Source: Candidatus Hodarchaeota archaeon (GTDB lineage Archaea > Asgardarchaeota > Heimdallarchaeia > Hodarchaeales > Hodarchaeaceae). From it: DNA of 40,688 nucleotides. This document shows, piece by piece, positions 25,658-35,186 of the stretch. Made by a program: the position numbers and the translations under genes. The stretch is taken from contig JAEOTC010000159.1 of NCBI GenBank assembly GCA_016840035.1, positions 1 through 40,688 of the forward strand, given 5' to 3'. Below the pieces are notes generated by a model. The model had not been told where the DNA came from. It saw nothing but the letters and a program-made list of their open reading frames with translations, and did no database searches. The stretch's first letter is position 1, and every line of letters starts with the position of its first letter.

Positions 25658-28374
25658 AGTTCTTTACCACATTTATAGCAATATTGGGAATTGTTATTGT
25701 GACGAGGAGTACGACAACGAGAGCATATTTCCCCTCGTTCAATAGTTCTGGTTCCAACATGAGTTTGCGGTTTTTTATATTGCATGGTAAGTTGTTCTTG
25801 CAGTGTTAGTCTGGGTTTATTTCGACGAGATGATATCCAATAATATACGACCGCAAATATTACAAAACTCGAGAGGATAAAGAAGAAAAAGAATTCTTCT
25901 CCAGCTGGATCATTCACTGCTAGAAAATAGAGACCATTTGATGGAGTAGTTCCTTCTATATGAAGATTTAACCAAAGGATCGCAGTTCCAAGTTTTTTAG
26001 GTTTCCAAGTTCCTACATAGGTATTGTGAGATTTTTCAAAACTTATTTGTGAATATGATCCATTTGCTTCATGTATTGTACCATTGAAGTTTGTATCTGG
26101 AGCTACGGATTGAAAAGTAATTTGAATTTTTGTTGATGTTCCCAAACTTGGATTAGTTGCCAGATTAATCTCCATGGGGATTTCATGGGTTCTAATCAAC
26201 CATCGAAAAGTCTGGGAGGCAATATAGAAATTTTCCTCCGCAATAGGAGAAAAGTAGCTTATATCCGAGAATGGCTCTAAACCTCCAAAAACAACGACTT
26301 TTCCATTACTTTCAGGATCATGCCAGTATCCTGCAATTGAAATATCATCGGGATCATTTTGCGGAAATTTTGCGGTAGCTAATACTTCAGCATATCCTCC
26401 CGGGCTTACTGTAACAGATGTACCATTGAAATCGAACATTAAATTTTCCATATTCTCGATTGGACTTGAAGGAGCTAGAGAGGCCTGTGAAAACCGAGTC
26501 ATATGTGGTTTAGAGGGATCGTCATCGACAGAAAGGTCATAAGGTTCTAAAAGCTCATTTATGGAGTTACGATTAGAAAGATACTCAGTCTGGCCCTCAA
26601 TTAAGGAGGGGTACGAAAGAATAAGTAAGGAATGCCCTTCATCTACCCATTTCTGAATAATGGCAATATCATCTGTTGTTAAATCCATTTCTATGTCAGC
26701 TAGTACAAGAATTTCAAAATTCTCTAAGTCTTCTGCAGAAATGTTTCCCTGAGAAGAAGAAATTCCTTGAAGGGGTCCAACAACTGATAATACAGAATTA
26801 GAACGAATCGCTCCTGTTACTTGCATCCCAAAAATGTTTTCCATAAGAAAATGTAATTGACTAAATCTACCTGTTGGACCATCAGGGATAAAACTATCAT
26901 TATCATAACCCTGATAGAAAAGAATACGACTTCCAGGATATCGATTCTCCAGATGAACTGGAAGAATTCCTTTGATTAAATAAGAATTTGTCAAATTGTG
27001 TTTGTTAGTTTTTTTGTAAATAAAATTAAAATCAAGAGTTCCTTCCCATGTCTCCATAGGTAAGTCTTTAGGAATTGAGAGTGAGATCTGGAGTTTATTA
27101 AAACCTTTATAGATTGGGATTGAAAGATTTGAGCTCACATTATTTGGAACTATTACATGAATAGGTAATGAAGTGCTAATATCCATGCTTGATAAGTTAC
27201 AATTGAGTGAGGAATACACTCCTAGGTTATAAGTTTGATCTTGACCGTTTATGGATTGACCGAAATAGATGAAGTCAGATGAAATCTTTCGTGGAGTAAA
27301 TGTGAGTAAAGGTAATTCATTTAAACGTTGTAAAGCAGTATAGGCCAGCTCTACATTAAGAACACCGTTACCTTGTTGAGATGGAGAGACATTTTCAATA
27401 AAGCTTGCCGAAGAAAGCAGAGCAGTCTTTATGGTCATCGGAGAAATATCTGGAAACGCTTGTTGTAAGAGTGCAACAGTTGCCGTTACAAATGGAGCAG
27501 CGAACGAGGTTCCTGAAACATTTTGCGACTCATCTCTATTGACATATGAGGGAATATAAACACCCGGGGCCACAATATCAGGGCCCATATTACCTTCCGG
27601 TCGCGGGCCTACTGAGGAACTATAGGGAATATAGGTTTGATTATATGTCATGCCGACAGCAATTGCTTCATTGAAGATAGCAGGTGAAGTAATACTACCC
27701 CCATATGGGCCACTATTTCCTGCTGCAACAACAAGTGAAATATTCTTTTTAACTATAGTTGAAATTAGTGTCGAGTTAAGAACATTTATATCTGATGCTC
27801 CGAGTGAAGCATGAATGATTGAAACATTATTTGTCAAAGCATACCTTAGACCGGCCTCTATATTTTCTATAGTTGGAATACCTGATTCATCAGTAACTTT
27901 TATACTTAATAAACCAGCTTTGGGAGCAATTTTTGCAATGATACTCGCTACTAGAGTGCCATGGCCAATTTGATCGGAGACAGACGCATTTGATTGGTCT
28001 ACATTAATACGGTCCAAAATTGTGTTTGGATGAATCCAATTGGAATCATTTATCCCAGAATCCAGAACAGCAATAGAAACATCTTCTCCTGTTATATCTG
28101 GATTGTTTATTGGATTAATTATGCTTAACTTCTCTTCAAAACTCTCATTAATATTTAGAGCTGCTATTGAAAGGGGTGATTTAATTGAAAGTAAATCGGA
28201 AGAAATAGAATTCATTTGATTGGAAAGATTGGAGGTTTCTTGGAATATATTCTGATTAGATGGAGTGAATACTAGGGTAAACATAGGTTTAGGAACAAAA
28301 TTGCTTAAGAGGGGGAAAGTGAAGAATAGTAGGAAAATAAGGTAGTTTTTGTGCTGATATCGAATTTTTCGCAT
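25654..28374 (-). CDS. Membrane-anchored S8 subtilase with site-1-protease-like architecture and C-terminal zinc ribbon
   Basis: Signal peptide; triad VLDSG/GHGT/GTSFAAP and oxyanion AAGN; GATase-like (GIFT) domain; TM [20 protein letters not shown]; CSRC...CYKC. Confidence 0.9.
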   Translation of the reverse strand: [906 protein letters not shown]

Positions 28375-28410
28375 GAAATTTCAGTCCTTGAATAAAATCA
28401 ATACGCCATT

Positions 28411-29202
28411 TCAAATCAATTGGTCTATCTGTGCAAGTGACTCAAGAGTATATGTTGGTAATATTGTTTTTTTCAGATGAAAATCAGAAATTCCAGTTTG
28501 GACTAAAATAGTATCCATCTCAGCGTCAATTCCAGCCTTGATATCTGTCGATAATCGATCCCCAATAAATACAGCTTTTGTGGAATCGGTACAACCCATC
28601 TTTTTTAAGCATAAATTTAGTAGGTAGGGGTTGGGTTTACCAATAATGATGTCAGGATCCTTCCCACATGCATTAGCTAGAGCAGCTATTCCTGCACCAG
28701 CCCCTGGGACTAATCTGTCGGCTGATGGAAAACTATTATCGGGATTAGTTCCAACAAATCCCCCTTCATTATTTAGGATCACCCACATCGCATCAGCTAG
28801 TTTAGTCCATGTCAATTTCCGATCCCAGCCGATACAAACAGCTTGAAGATCAGGTTGGTACAGTTCTTCAACAGATAAGCCTTGATGGATTAATTCGTGT
28901 CGCAATCCCTTCTCTCCAATCATGAATATCTTGGATAACATATTTTCGCGAAGGTAGATAGCCGCCCCATAACCAGAATTCACTATTACATATTTTTCTG
29001 ATTCAAATCCAAGAGAAATAAATTTATCAATAAATCCTTGCCGAGAAAGACTAGAATTATTTGTTACGAAACCTAATTGATAACCTAATGCTTCTAGATT
29101 TTCTAATGCCTCTTTAGAACCAGGAATTGGTTTATTTCCTTTCCAAACTACTCCATCACAATCCATTAGAATGTGTGTCTTATCCTGTATATTAAAAGTC
29201 AA
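28411..29202 (-). CDS. HAD-IIA hydrolase (NagD/phosphoglycolate phosphatase-like)
   Basis: DCDGV, VTNNS, TNPD, IGKP, IGDRLSTDI. Confidence 0.95.
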   Translation of the reverse strand: MTFNIQDKTHILMDCDGVVWKGNKPIPGSKEALENLEALGYQLGFVTNNSSLSRQGFIDKFISLGFESEKYVIVNSGYGAAIYLRENMLSKIFMIGEKGLRHELIHQGLSVEELYQPDLQAVCIGWDRKLTWTKLADAMWVILNNEGGFVGTNPDNSFPSADRLVPGAGAGIAALANACGKDPDIIIGKPNPYLLNLCLKKMGCTDSTKAVFIGDRLSTDIKAGIDAEMDTILVQTGISDFHLKKTILPTYTLESLAQIDQLI

Positions 29203-29212
29203 GTTTTCTTCC

Positions 29213-30637
29213 CTACTTATCTAGGAATTGATCAAAGAATGCAATAGATTTAAGTTGAGTAGGTAGATCCTGATGTGCATTTAAAAGTTCAGTCATAAAG
29301 GTATGCGCTTTTTCAGGTTGGCTAAGGATAAGCCACGCATTTAAAAGCATCTCAAGATCTTTTGTTTGAGAGGGATCCGTTCTGACAAGTGGCTCAAGAA
29401 TTTCCACTGTTCGACGAAAATCCCTTAGATCGAAAGCTAATTGAGCTGTAAGTCGCATTGCTATGATATTAGTGGGATCTAAGGATAATATTTCACTTGT
29501 GATGGAAAAAGCTTCATTATATTTCTTCTCGTGAACTGCAATAAGAGCTAATTGTATCTTACTATCGTGAAAAGAAGGATCTAATTCAATACTCTGCTTA
29601 AAGCACTTTTTTGCCTCATCATACGATTCTAGCCTTATAAAAGTCATTCCGAGGTAGTATCGTAAAGCTGGATTGGTTTTCTCCATCAAGATTGCTTCTT
29701 CTAGGGATCTTTTTGCTCTCTCTGGACGATCGGTATCCAAGTAAAGATCTGCTAGTAACAGCGAAATTTCTAATGTTGGTTTTCCCAGTTTCCTCGCTCT
29801 AAATAACGCGTCTATAGCCTCTTTTGGCCTTTTCAGTTCTCTTAAAACTCTCGCAATGTTGATATAAAGACTCTGAGGTGGTTTGATAGACCGGTTCTTC
29901 GTCACTACATTTCGATAACTTTCTAACGCTTTATGATACTTTCTATCAGCGTGATATGCAACTCCGATTCCATATTGAGCGTGATATGCATCTGGAAATC
30001 GCTCAATCACTGATAGATAGGTCTTTATTGCCTTATCATATTCTTTATTATCAAGATAAAGCTGACCCAGTAAAAGACCAGGATCTGGATGATTTGTTTC
30101 GTTTAATGCCTTAATTAGAACTTGTTTCGATTTTTCGAACTCGTTCTGTTCCTCCCAAATTCGAGCAAGCTCAATCGGAATTTTTGCAGATTCAGAATAG
30201 TTTTTCCTAGCAGATTCTAATATTTTAATCGCTTTCTTGAATTCATTCTGTTTTAATAAACTCCTTGCTGTAAGAATAGGTATTTCATCATTCGATTTGT
30301 CTAGCTTTTCTGCTCGCTTAAAACTTTTTTCTGCCTCGCGATAAAGCTCCAATTGGTACTCTACAAGACCTTTTTTAGACCAAAGCGTGAAATTTTTATT
30401 ATCTAATTGGACAGCAACAGTGAAAGCATTTAAAGCGTCTGTAAGTCTTTTTAAGTTGGTCAACGCAATACCATAATTTGCCCAAACAATCGAATTATTT
30501 TGCATTTCTTCGTCTTTTAATGCAGCCTCAAATTTACGTACGGCCTTTTTCCACTTTTTATTATTTAGTGCAAAAACTCCTGATCGTACAAGTTTAACAG
30601 GATCTTTCGTTGCTTTAATTCGAGGAGGCACTATCAT
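29213..30637 (-). CDS. Tetratricopeptide repeat protein (about a dozen TPRs)
   Basis: Repeated TPR motifs such as WANYGIALTNLKRLTDALNAF and YYLGMTFIRLESYDEAKKCFKQSIELDP. Confidence 0.93.
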   Translation of the reverse strand: MIVPPRIKATKDPVKLVRSGVFALNNKKWKKAVRKFEAALKDEEMQNNSIVWANYGIALTNLKRLTDALNAFTVAVQLDNKNFTLWSKKGLVEYQLELYREAEKSFKRAEKLDKSNDEIPILTARSLLKQNEFKKAIKILESARKNYSESAKIPIELARIWEEQNEFEKSKQVLIKALNETNHPDPGLLLGQLYLDNKEYDKAIKTYLSVIERFPDAYHAQYGIGVAYHADRKYHKALESYRNVVTKNRSIKPPQSLYINIARVLRELKRPKEAIDALFRARKLGKPTLEISLLLADLYLDTDRPERAKRSLEEAILMEKTNPALRYYLGMTFIRLESYDEAKKCFKQSIELDPSFHDSKIQLALIAVHEKKYNEAFSITSEILSLDPTNIIAMRLTAQLAFDLRDFRRTVEILEPLVRTDPSQTKDLEMLLNAWLILSQPEKAHTFMTELLNAHQDLPTQLKSIAFFDQFLDK

Positions 30638-30767
30638 TCAACGGTTTAGAGAGAATTGGAAGGGACTACAAAGAAGTTACCAAGGAGGAGGAAAAAATTG
30701 AAATTTTGATTCTAACTCGAAATTCCTCCTCTCCAGTTTTATAATTGTTTTCAAATTCCCTTAAATC

Positions 30768-31044
30768 GAATCAGTAGCACTCAGGTAGTAACGTTCTTTA
30801 TTAGCAGATTTACTCCAATCTATGCTGGACCTTTGAGAGAGTAAAAGTTCGAAAAGGACCTAGGAATGAGAAAAGGTGGAACCATCTACTGATGAGAAGG
30901 CGGATGAGATGATTCTTAAGAAGGGACCGCAAGACAACAAGAATCTTCATCCTTTAGAGTTAAAGTACGGACTGGAACCTAAGATTGAGCCTACAGAGCA
31001 ATGGCATTGGCATTAGATTATTTCCATTCCTTTTTTTCTTTTTT
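30768..31044 (+). ncRNA. Candidate structured non-coding RNA of unknown family
   Basis: 548-nt intergenic gap with no ORF; many helices whose G-U pairs fit the + strand; loop-loop complementarity; ends in TTTTTTTCTTTTTT. Confidence 0.55.
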
Positions 31045-31185
31045 ATAAGTAAAATCAATTCCTCTCACTCACTGTTTAGTGTTCCTCCTCGCAAAAATTC
31101 GATCCAAGAGAGTAAGTAACTTTATTAATAGTATTTTCTCCAAGTGAGGGAAATTAGTTCATTTTACCTGTTGGTAGGTTAAAAT

Positions 31186-32934
31186 ATGGTCAATCCGAAT
31201 GATATTCCCTTGTACCCCGAAAAGGTACCAAAAACAATGGATTATCCCGAAATTCCTCTTTACCAGTTTCTTGATGATGCAGTAAGGGATTTTCCTGAAA
31301 ATGATGCTTTCGTTCTTGAAACTACAAGCTTTGATAGAATTGCCAAGGTCAATTATGCCGAATTGGGGGAACAAACTGACAGATTTGCTTCATTTTTAGC
31401 CAGCAAGGGGGTAAAGAAGGGAGACAAAGTAGCACTATTTCTTCCGAACATGATTGAATTCGTAGTAGCTTATTACGGGATTCTAAAGGCAGGTGCTACT
31501 GTTGTAAGCCTGAACTTTCAATATCCTGCAAGTGAATTAGCAGGACAACTCATCCAAAGTGAAGCTCGAGGGATAGTATGTGCGGATATGATTACTAAAG
31601 CAGCATCCCCTTATGAAATATGTAAGCAAGTAAGAGATGAAGGAAAGACAAATCTCGAATTTATCGTCGTAACAAGCGTTAAACCCTATCTTTCCAAGAT
31701 AAAAGGAATATTAGGAGGATTTATGGGAAAAATCAGTAAGTTAGATAAACGTGATATTTATATAAATGACATCTTTGCTAGCTTTTCATCTGAAAATCGT
31801 CCAAAGGTGATAATTCATCCTGATGACATCGCCGTAATTATTTTTACTGGGGGGACAACTGGGACACCAAAAGGTGCCATGCTAACGCATAAAAATCTTG
31901 TTAGTAATTTGGTTCAATGTTCATTATGGATGGACCCGCCTCCAGAAAGGGGTACGATGGTAGGCATTGGAAGTCTACCTTTTTTCCATAGTTATGGATC
32001 AACCACATCAATGAATTTAGGAATCTTTTTCGGTGGATTAATGGTCTTGATGCTTGATCCCAGAGAGAATAAGTTTAGTCAGATTCTTTACCTCCTAGAA
32101 AAATACAAGGTGCAACTCTTCAATACTGTCCCCACTCTCTATATGGCTTTACTTAACCACCCTGATTTACAAAAATATGATTTAAGCTCACTATTGACCA
32201 GTACAAGTGGGGCTGCCCCTCTTCCAGTTTCTGTCTTACAAGAATTTGAGGCAATCTCAGGTGCTAATCTAGCAGAAGGATATGGTCTTACTGAAACATC
32301 TCCCGTGACACATATTATTCCTATGGCCCCCGCTCCAGGAATGGACAAACCATTAAAAAAGGAAGGATCAGTAGGGATTCCAGTTCCTGATACAGATGTA
32401 TTAGTTGTTGATTTGGAAACAGGTACAAGGAAATTAGGAGTTGATACTGAGGGGGAAATCGCGATATCTGGACCCCAAGTAATGAAAGGTTATTACAATA
32501 AACCGAAAGAAACTGAGGAAGTTATGAAAGAAATTGATGGAAAAACCTATTTCTTGACCGGAGATATTGGAAAATATGATTCGGACTTTTATTTCTATAT
32601 CACAGATAGGAAAAAAGATATGATTGATGTATCTGGATTTAAGGCCTATCCAAGTGAAATTGAGGAGGTAATGATAGGTCACCCGAAAATCTCGAACGCT
32701 GCATGTATCGGTGTCCCTCATCCCAAGGTGGGGGAGACTGTGAAACTCTTTATTCTTCCCAAACCCAACGTTGAAATCACCAAGGAAGAAATTTTGGAGT
32801 ATGCACGTAGAAAGCTTGTTAAATATAAACAACCACATAATGAGGACTATATAGAGATCCGAACTGAACTTCCCCTCTCTGATATTGGGAAAGTACTTAG
32901 ACGCGTCTTAAAAAATGAGGAACATAAACAATAA
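31186..32934 (+). CDS. fadD: Long-chain fatty-acid--CoA ligase
   Basis: FTGGTTGTPKG, LPFFHSYG, EGYGLTET, TGDIG, DRKKDMI, GKVLRR. Confidence 0.93.
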   Translation: MVNPNDIPLYPEKVPKTMDYPEIPLYQFLDDAVRDFPENDAFVLETTSFDRIAKVNYAELGEQTDRFASFLASKGVKKGDKVALFLPNMIEFVVAYYGILKAGATVVSLNFQYPASELAGQLIQSEARGIVCADMITKAASPYEICKQVRDEGKTNLEFIVVTSVKPYLSKIKGILGGFMGKISKLDKRDIYINDIFASFSSENRPKVIIHPDDIAVIIFTGGTTGTPKGAMLTHKNLVSNLVQCSLWMDPPPERGTMVGIGSLPFFHSYGSTTSMNLGIFFGGLMVLMLDPRENKFSQILYLLEKYKVQLFNTVPTLYMALLNHPDLQKYDLSSLLTSTSGAAPLPVSVLQEFEAISGANLAEGYGLTETSPVTHIIPMAPAPGMDKPLKKEGSVGIPVPDTDVLVVDLETGTRKLGVDTEGEIAISGPQVMKGYYNKPKETEEVMKEIDGKTYFLTGDIGKYDSDFYFYITDRKKDMIDVSGFKAYPSEIEEVMIGHPKISNAACIGVPHPKVGETVKLFILPKPNVEITKEEILEYARRKLVKYKQPHNEDYIEIRTELPLSDIGKVLRRVLKNEEHKQ

Positions 32935-32978
32935 TTACACCGAGGGGGATATTCAGTAAGTATTTACTTTTTGGAGAT

Positions 32979-33689
32979 TTGTACATGAATCCAAATGATA
33001 TTGAACGGGCAAAAAATGCTGCTGCAGTTTTAGCTGTTCGAGAAAATCTTAGAAACAATATGATTTTGGGAATTGGAAGTGGTTCAACAATAATTGGGGC
33101 GGTGCGGGAAATTGCTAACATAGTAAACAGTAATAATTGGAATATAATTTGTGTACCAACTTCCTATCAAGCAAAATCACTTATTACAGAAAAAAATTTA
33201 TTTTTGGGATCATTGGATCAATATCCTGAATTAGATTTAGCAATTGATGGAGTTGATGAGATCACATATAATTTGGAAGCGATTAAAGGAGGTGGTGGGT
33301 GTTTGGTACAAGAAAAAATAATTGCTACTTGTGCAAAGAGAGTAATTGCTATCGGTGATTGGCGAAAAATCTCAAATCAACTTGGTGAGAACTGGAAAAA
33401 AGGAGTTCCAGTAGAAATAATACCAGAAGCACAAGTTCCCCTAACTCACAGACTGGAAAAAATGGGAGGTAAAGCAAAATTAAGAGAAGGAAAAGCAAAA
33501 ATCGGACCATTAATAACTGATAATGGAAACTTCATTTTAGATGTAGATTTTGGGAAGATTTCTGATCCCGAAAAATTGGATTCTCAATTAAAATCGTTAA
33601 CTGGAGTAGTAGACTCGGGTTTATTCATAAAAATAATAGACAAAGTATATATTGGTCTAAAAGACGGAAATGTTGAAATTCTTGACTAG
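32979..33689 (+). CDS. rpiA: Ribose-5-phosphate isomerase A
   Basis: GIGSGST, DGVDEI, KGGGG, EKII, TDNGN. Confidence 0.96.
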   Translation: MYMNPNDIERAKNAAAVLAVRENLRNNMILGIGSGSTIIGAVREIANIVNSNNWNIICVPTSYQAKSLITEKNLFLGSLDQYPELDLAIDGVDEITYNLEAIKGGGGCLVQEKIIATCAKRVIAIGDWRKISNQLGENWKKGVPVEIIPEAQVPLTHRLEKMGGKAKLREGKAKIGPLITDNGNFILDVDFGKISDPEKLDSQLKSLTGVVDSGLFIKIIDKVYIGLKDGNVEILD

Positions 33690-33715
33690 TTTGAATAGAA
33701 TATCTCCCTCATCAT

Positions 33716-33901
33716 CTAATCACAAGCGTCCATCCAGTCATCGAAGCACTTCCGGGCCTTTAATTCGTTACACTTCTCTTCAGGTATATCACACTCTTGG
33801 CATTTTTTTTTAATGAAGAGAATCCAAAGCTCGTTACTAGAAAATCGTTCGAGAATTGCAGAATCAGATTTTTGGGCATCTAAATTGTTTGTATGAACCA
33901 A
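33716..33901 (-). CDS. Small Cys-rich protein (61 aa)
   Basis: TTG start with GGTGA 7 nt upstream; CQEC...C...C...C. Confidence 0.55.
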   Translation of the reverse strand: MVHTNNLDAQKSDSAILERFSSNELWILFIKKKCQECDIPEEKCNELKARKCFDDWMDACD

Positions 33902-34109
33902 AGCTTGATCACCAAGACTTAAAGTAGATTATTAATTGTAGTTTTGTGATGGTTATGTCCTCGTTCCTTAAGCTATACTGTTTAATCACTTCTTTAAGTT
34001 TTTTTGATTACGAAAAAGAAAATCTCGTTCCCTCGTGCCGTTTTTTACGAAAACCACCCACCAAGAATTATTAACTATTGTTAATTTTCAATGCATAGGG
34101 GATAGTATC

Positions 34110-35186
34110 GTGAGTATGATCAAAATCTTAGATTCCACAGGAAAGGCCGATCCTGAGCTTGAACCTAATATTTCTAAGGAAAAATTAGTAAAAATGCTGG
34201 AATATATGATACTGGTTCGGCTTTTAGATGAAAAAGGAATGCGTTTACAACGGCAAGGAAGAATTAGTTTCAGTATTCCAAGTACAGGGCAGGAAGCTAC
34301 TCAAATCGGAGCGGTTGCTGCGTTATCTCCTGAGGACTGGATTTTCCCAGCTTATCGTGAACCAGGAATGGCGTTCTATCGCGGTTTACCTTTAGAGGAT
34401 TTAGTGAATCATTGGTTTATCAATGAGAAAGATCCCCAAAAAGGTCGTCGACTCCCAGGACTTTTTGGTTCAAAGCAATTCCGTTATGTTAATCCTTCTG
34501 CACCGATAGGTACCCAAATAATTCAAGCTGCAGGGGCAGGTTACGCGCATAAGTATTTATCTGAAAATTTAGTGGACATCGTATTTTTCGGGGATGGTGC
34601 TACATCTTCAAGTGATTTTCATTCAGGATTAAATTTTGGGGCAGTATTTAAAACTCCTACAATATTTTTTTGCCAAAATAATCAATGGGCAATATCTGTA
34701 CCACTTTCTAGACAGACTGGCGCCACATCTTTGGTTGATAAAGCACAAGGCTACGGGTTACCTGGTGTACAAGTAGATGGAAATGATATTCTTGCTGTTT
34801 ATAATGTTGTAAAGGAAGCTGTGAAACGTGCGAAAGCAGGAGATGGGCCAACTTTTATTGAAGCAGTTACTTATCGTGCTGGTCCTCATACATCATCTGA
34901 TGACCCAACTCGCTATCGACCAAAGGAAGAGCTTGAAAAATGGAAAAAATTGGATCCTATTTCCCGTTTTGAGAAATATTTGAGAGCAAAGGGTTATATT
35001 ACACAGGAAGGAATAGAAGAAATACGATCCTCATTCGATAACAAATTGAATAATTTAATTTCCGAAGCAGAGAAGCTCAAGCCACCATCGTTAAAAACAC
35101 TATTTTCTGATGTTTATAGTGAATTACCATGGCACTTAGAGGAACAATTTAATGAACTAAATGCATTAAAAGGGAGGAATGCCTGA
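34110..35186 (+). CDS. 2-oxoacid (probably branched-chain) dehydrogenase E1 alpha; probable start GTG 34110
   Basis: QRQGRI, GQEA, GDGATS...QNNQWAIS TPP motif, YRAGPHTSSDDP. Confidence 0.93.
   Translation: MSMIKILDSTGKADPELEPNISKEKLVKMLEYMILVRLLDEKGMRLQRQGRISFSIPSTGQEATQIGAVAALSPEDWIFPAYREPGMAFYRGLPLEDLVNHWFINEKDPQKGRRLPGLFGSKQFRYVNPSAPIGTQIIQAAGAGYAHKYLSENLVDIVFFGDGATSSSDFHSGLNFGAVFKTPTIFFCQNNQWAISVPLSRQTGATSLVDKAQGYGLPGVQVDGNDILAVYNVVKEAVKRAKAGDGPTFIEAVTYRAGPHTSSDDPTRYRPKEELEKWKKLDPISRFEKYLRAKGYITQEGIEEIRSSFDNKLNNLISEAEKLKPPSLKTLFSDVYSELPWHLEEQFNELNALKGRNA

Noticed and set aside
30792-30868. Purine riboswitch (three-way junction with kissing loops, GTAAA loop)
   Set aside because: The J2/3 ligand-binding strand and the conserved L2 sequence are absent
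30866-30897. Hammerhead ribozyme (GAAA...CTGATGAG)
   Set aside because: No stem I between the two core strands and no NUH site in the right register
30837-30975. RNase P RNA (GAGTAAAAGTTCG resembles GAGGAAAGTCC; AGTTCG can pair with CGGACT)
   Set aside because: No bulged-U P4 and no ACAGAA...GGCTTA CR-V; other conserved regions not found
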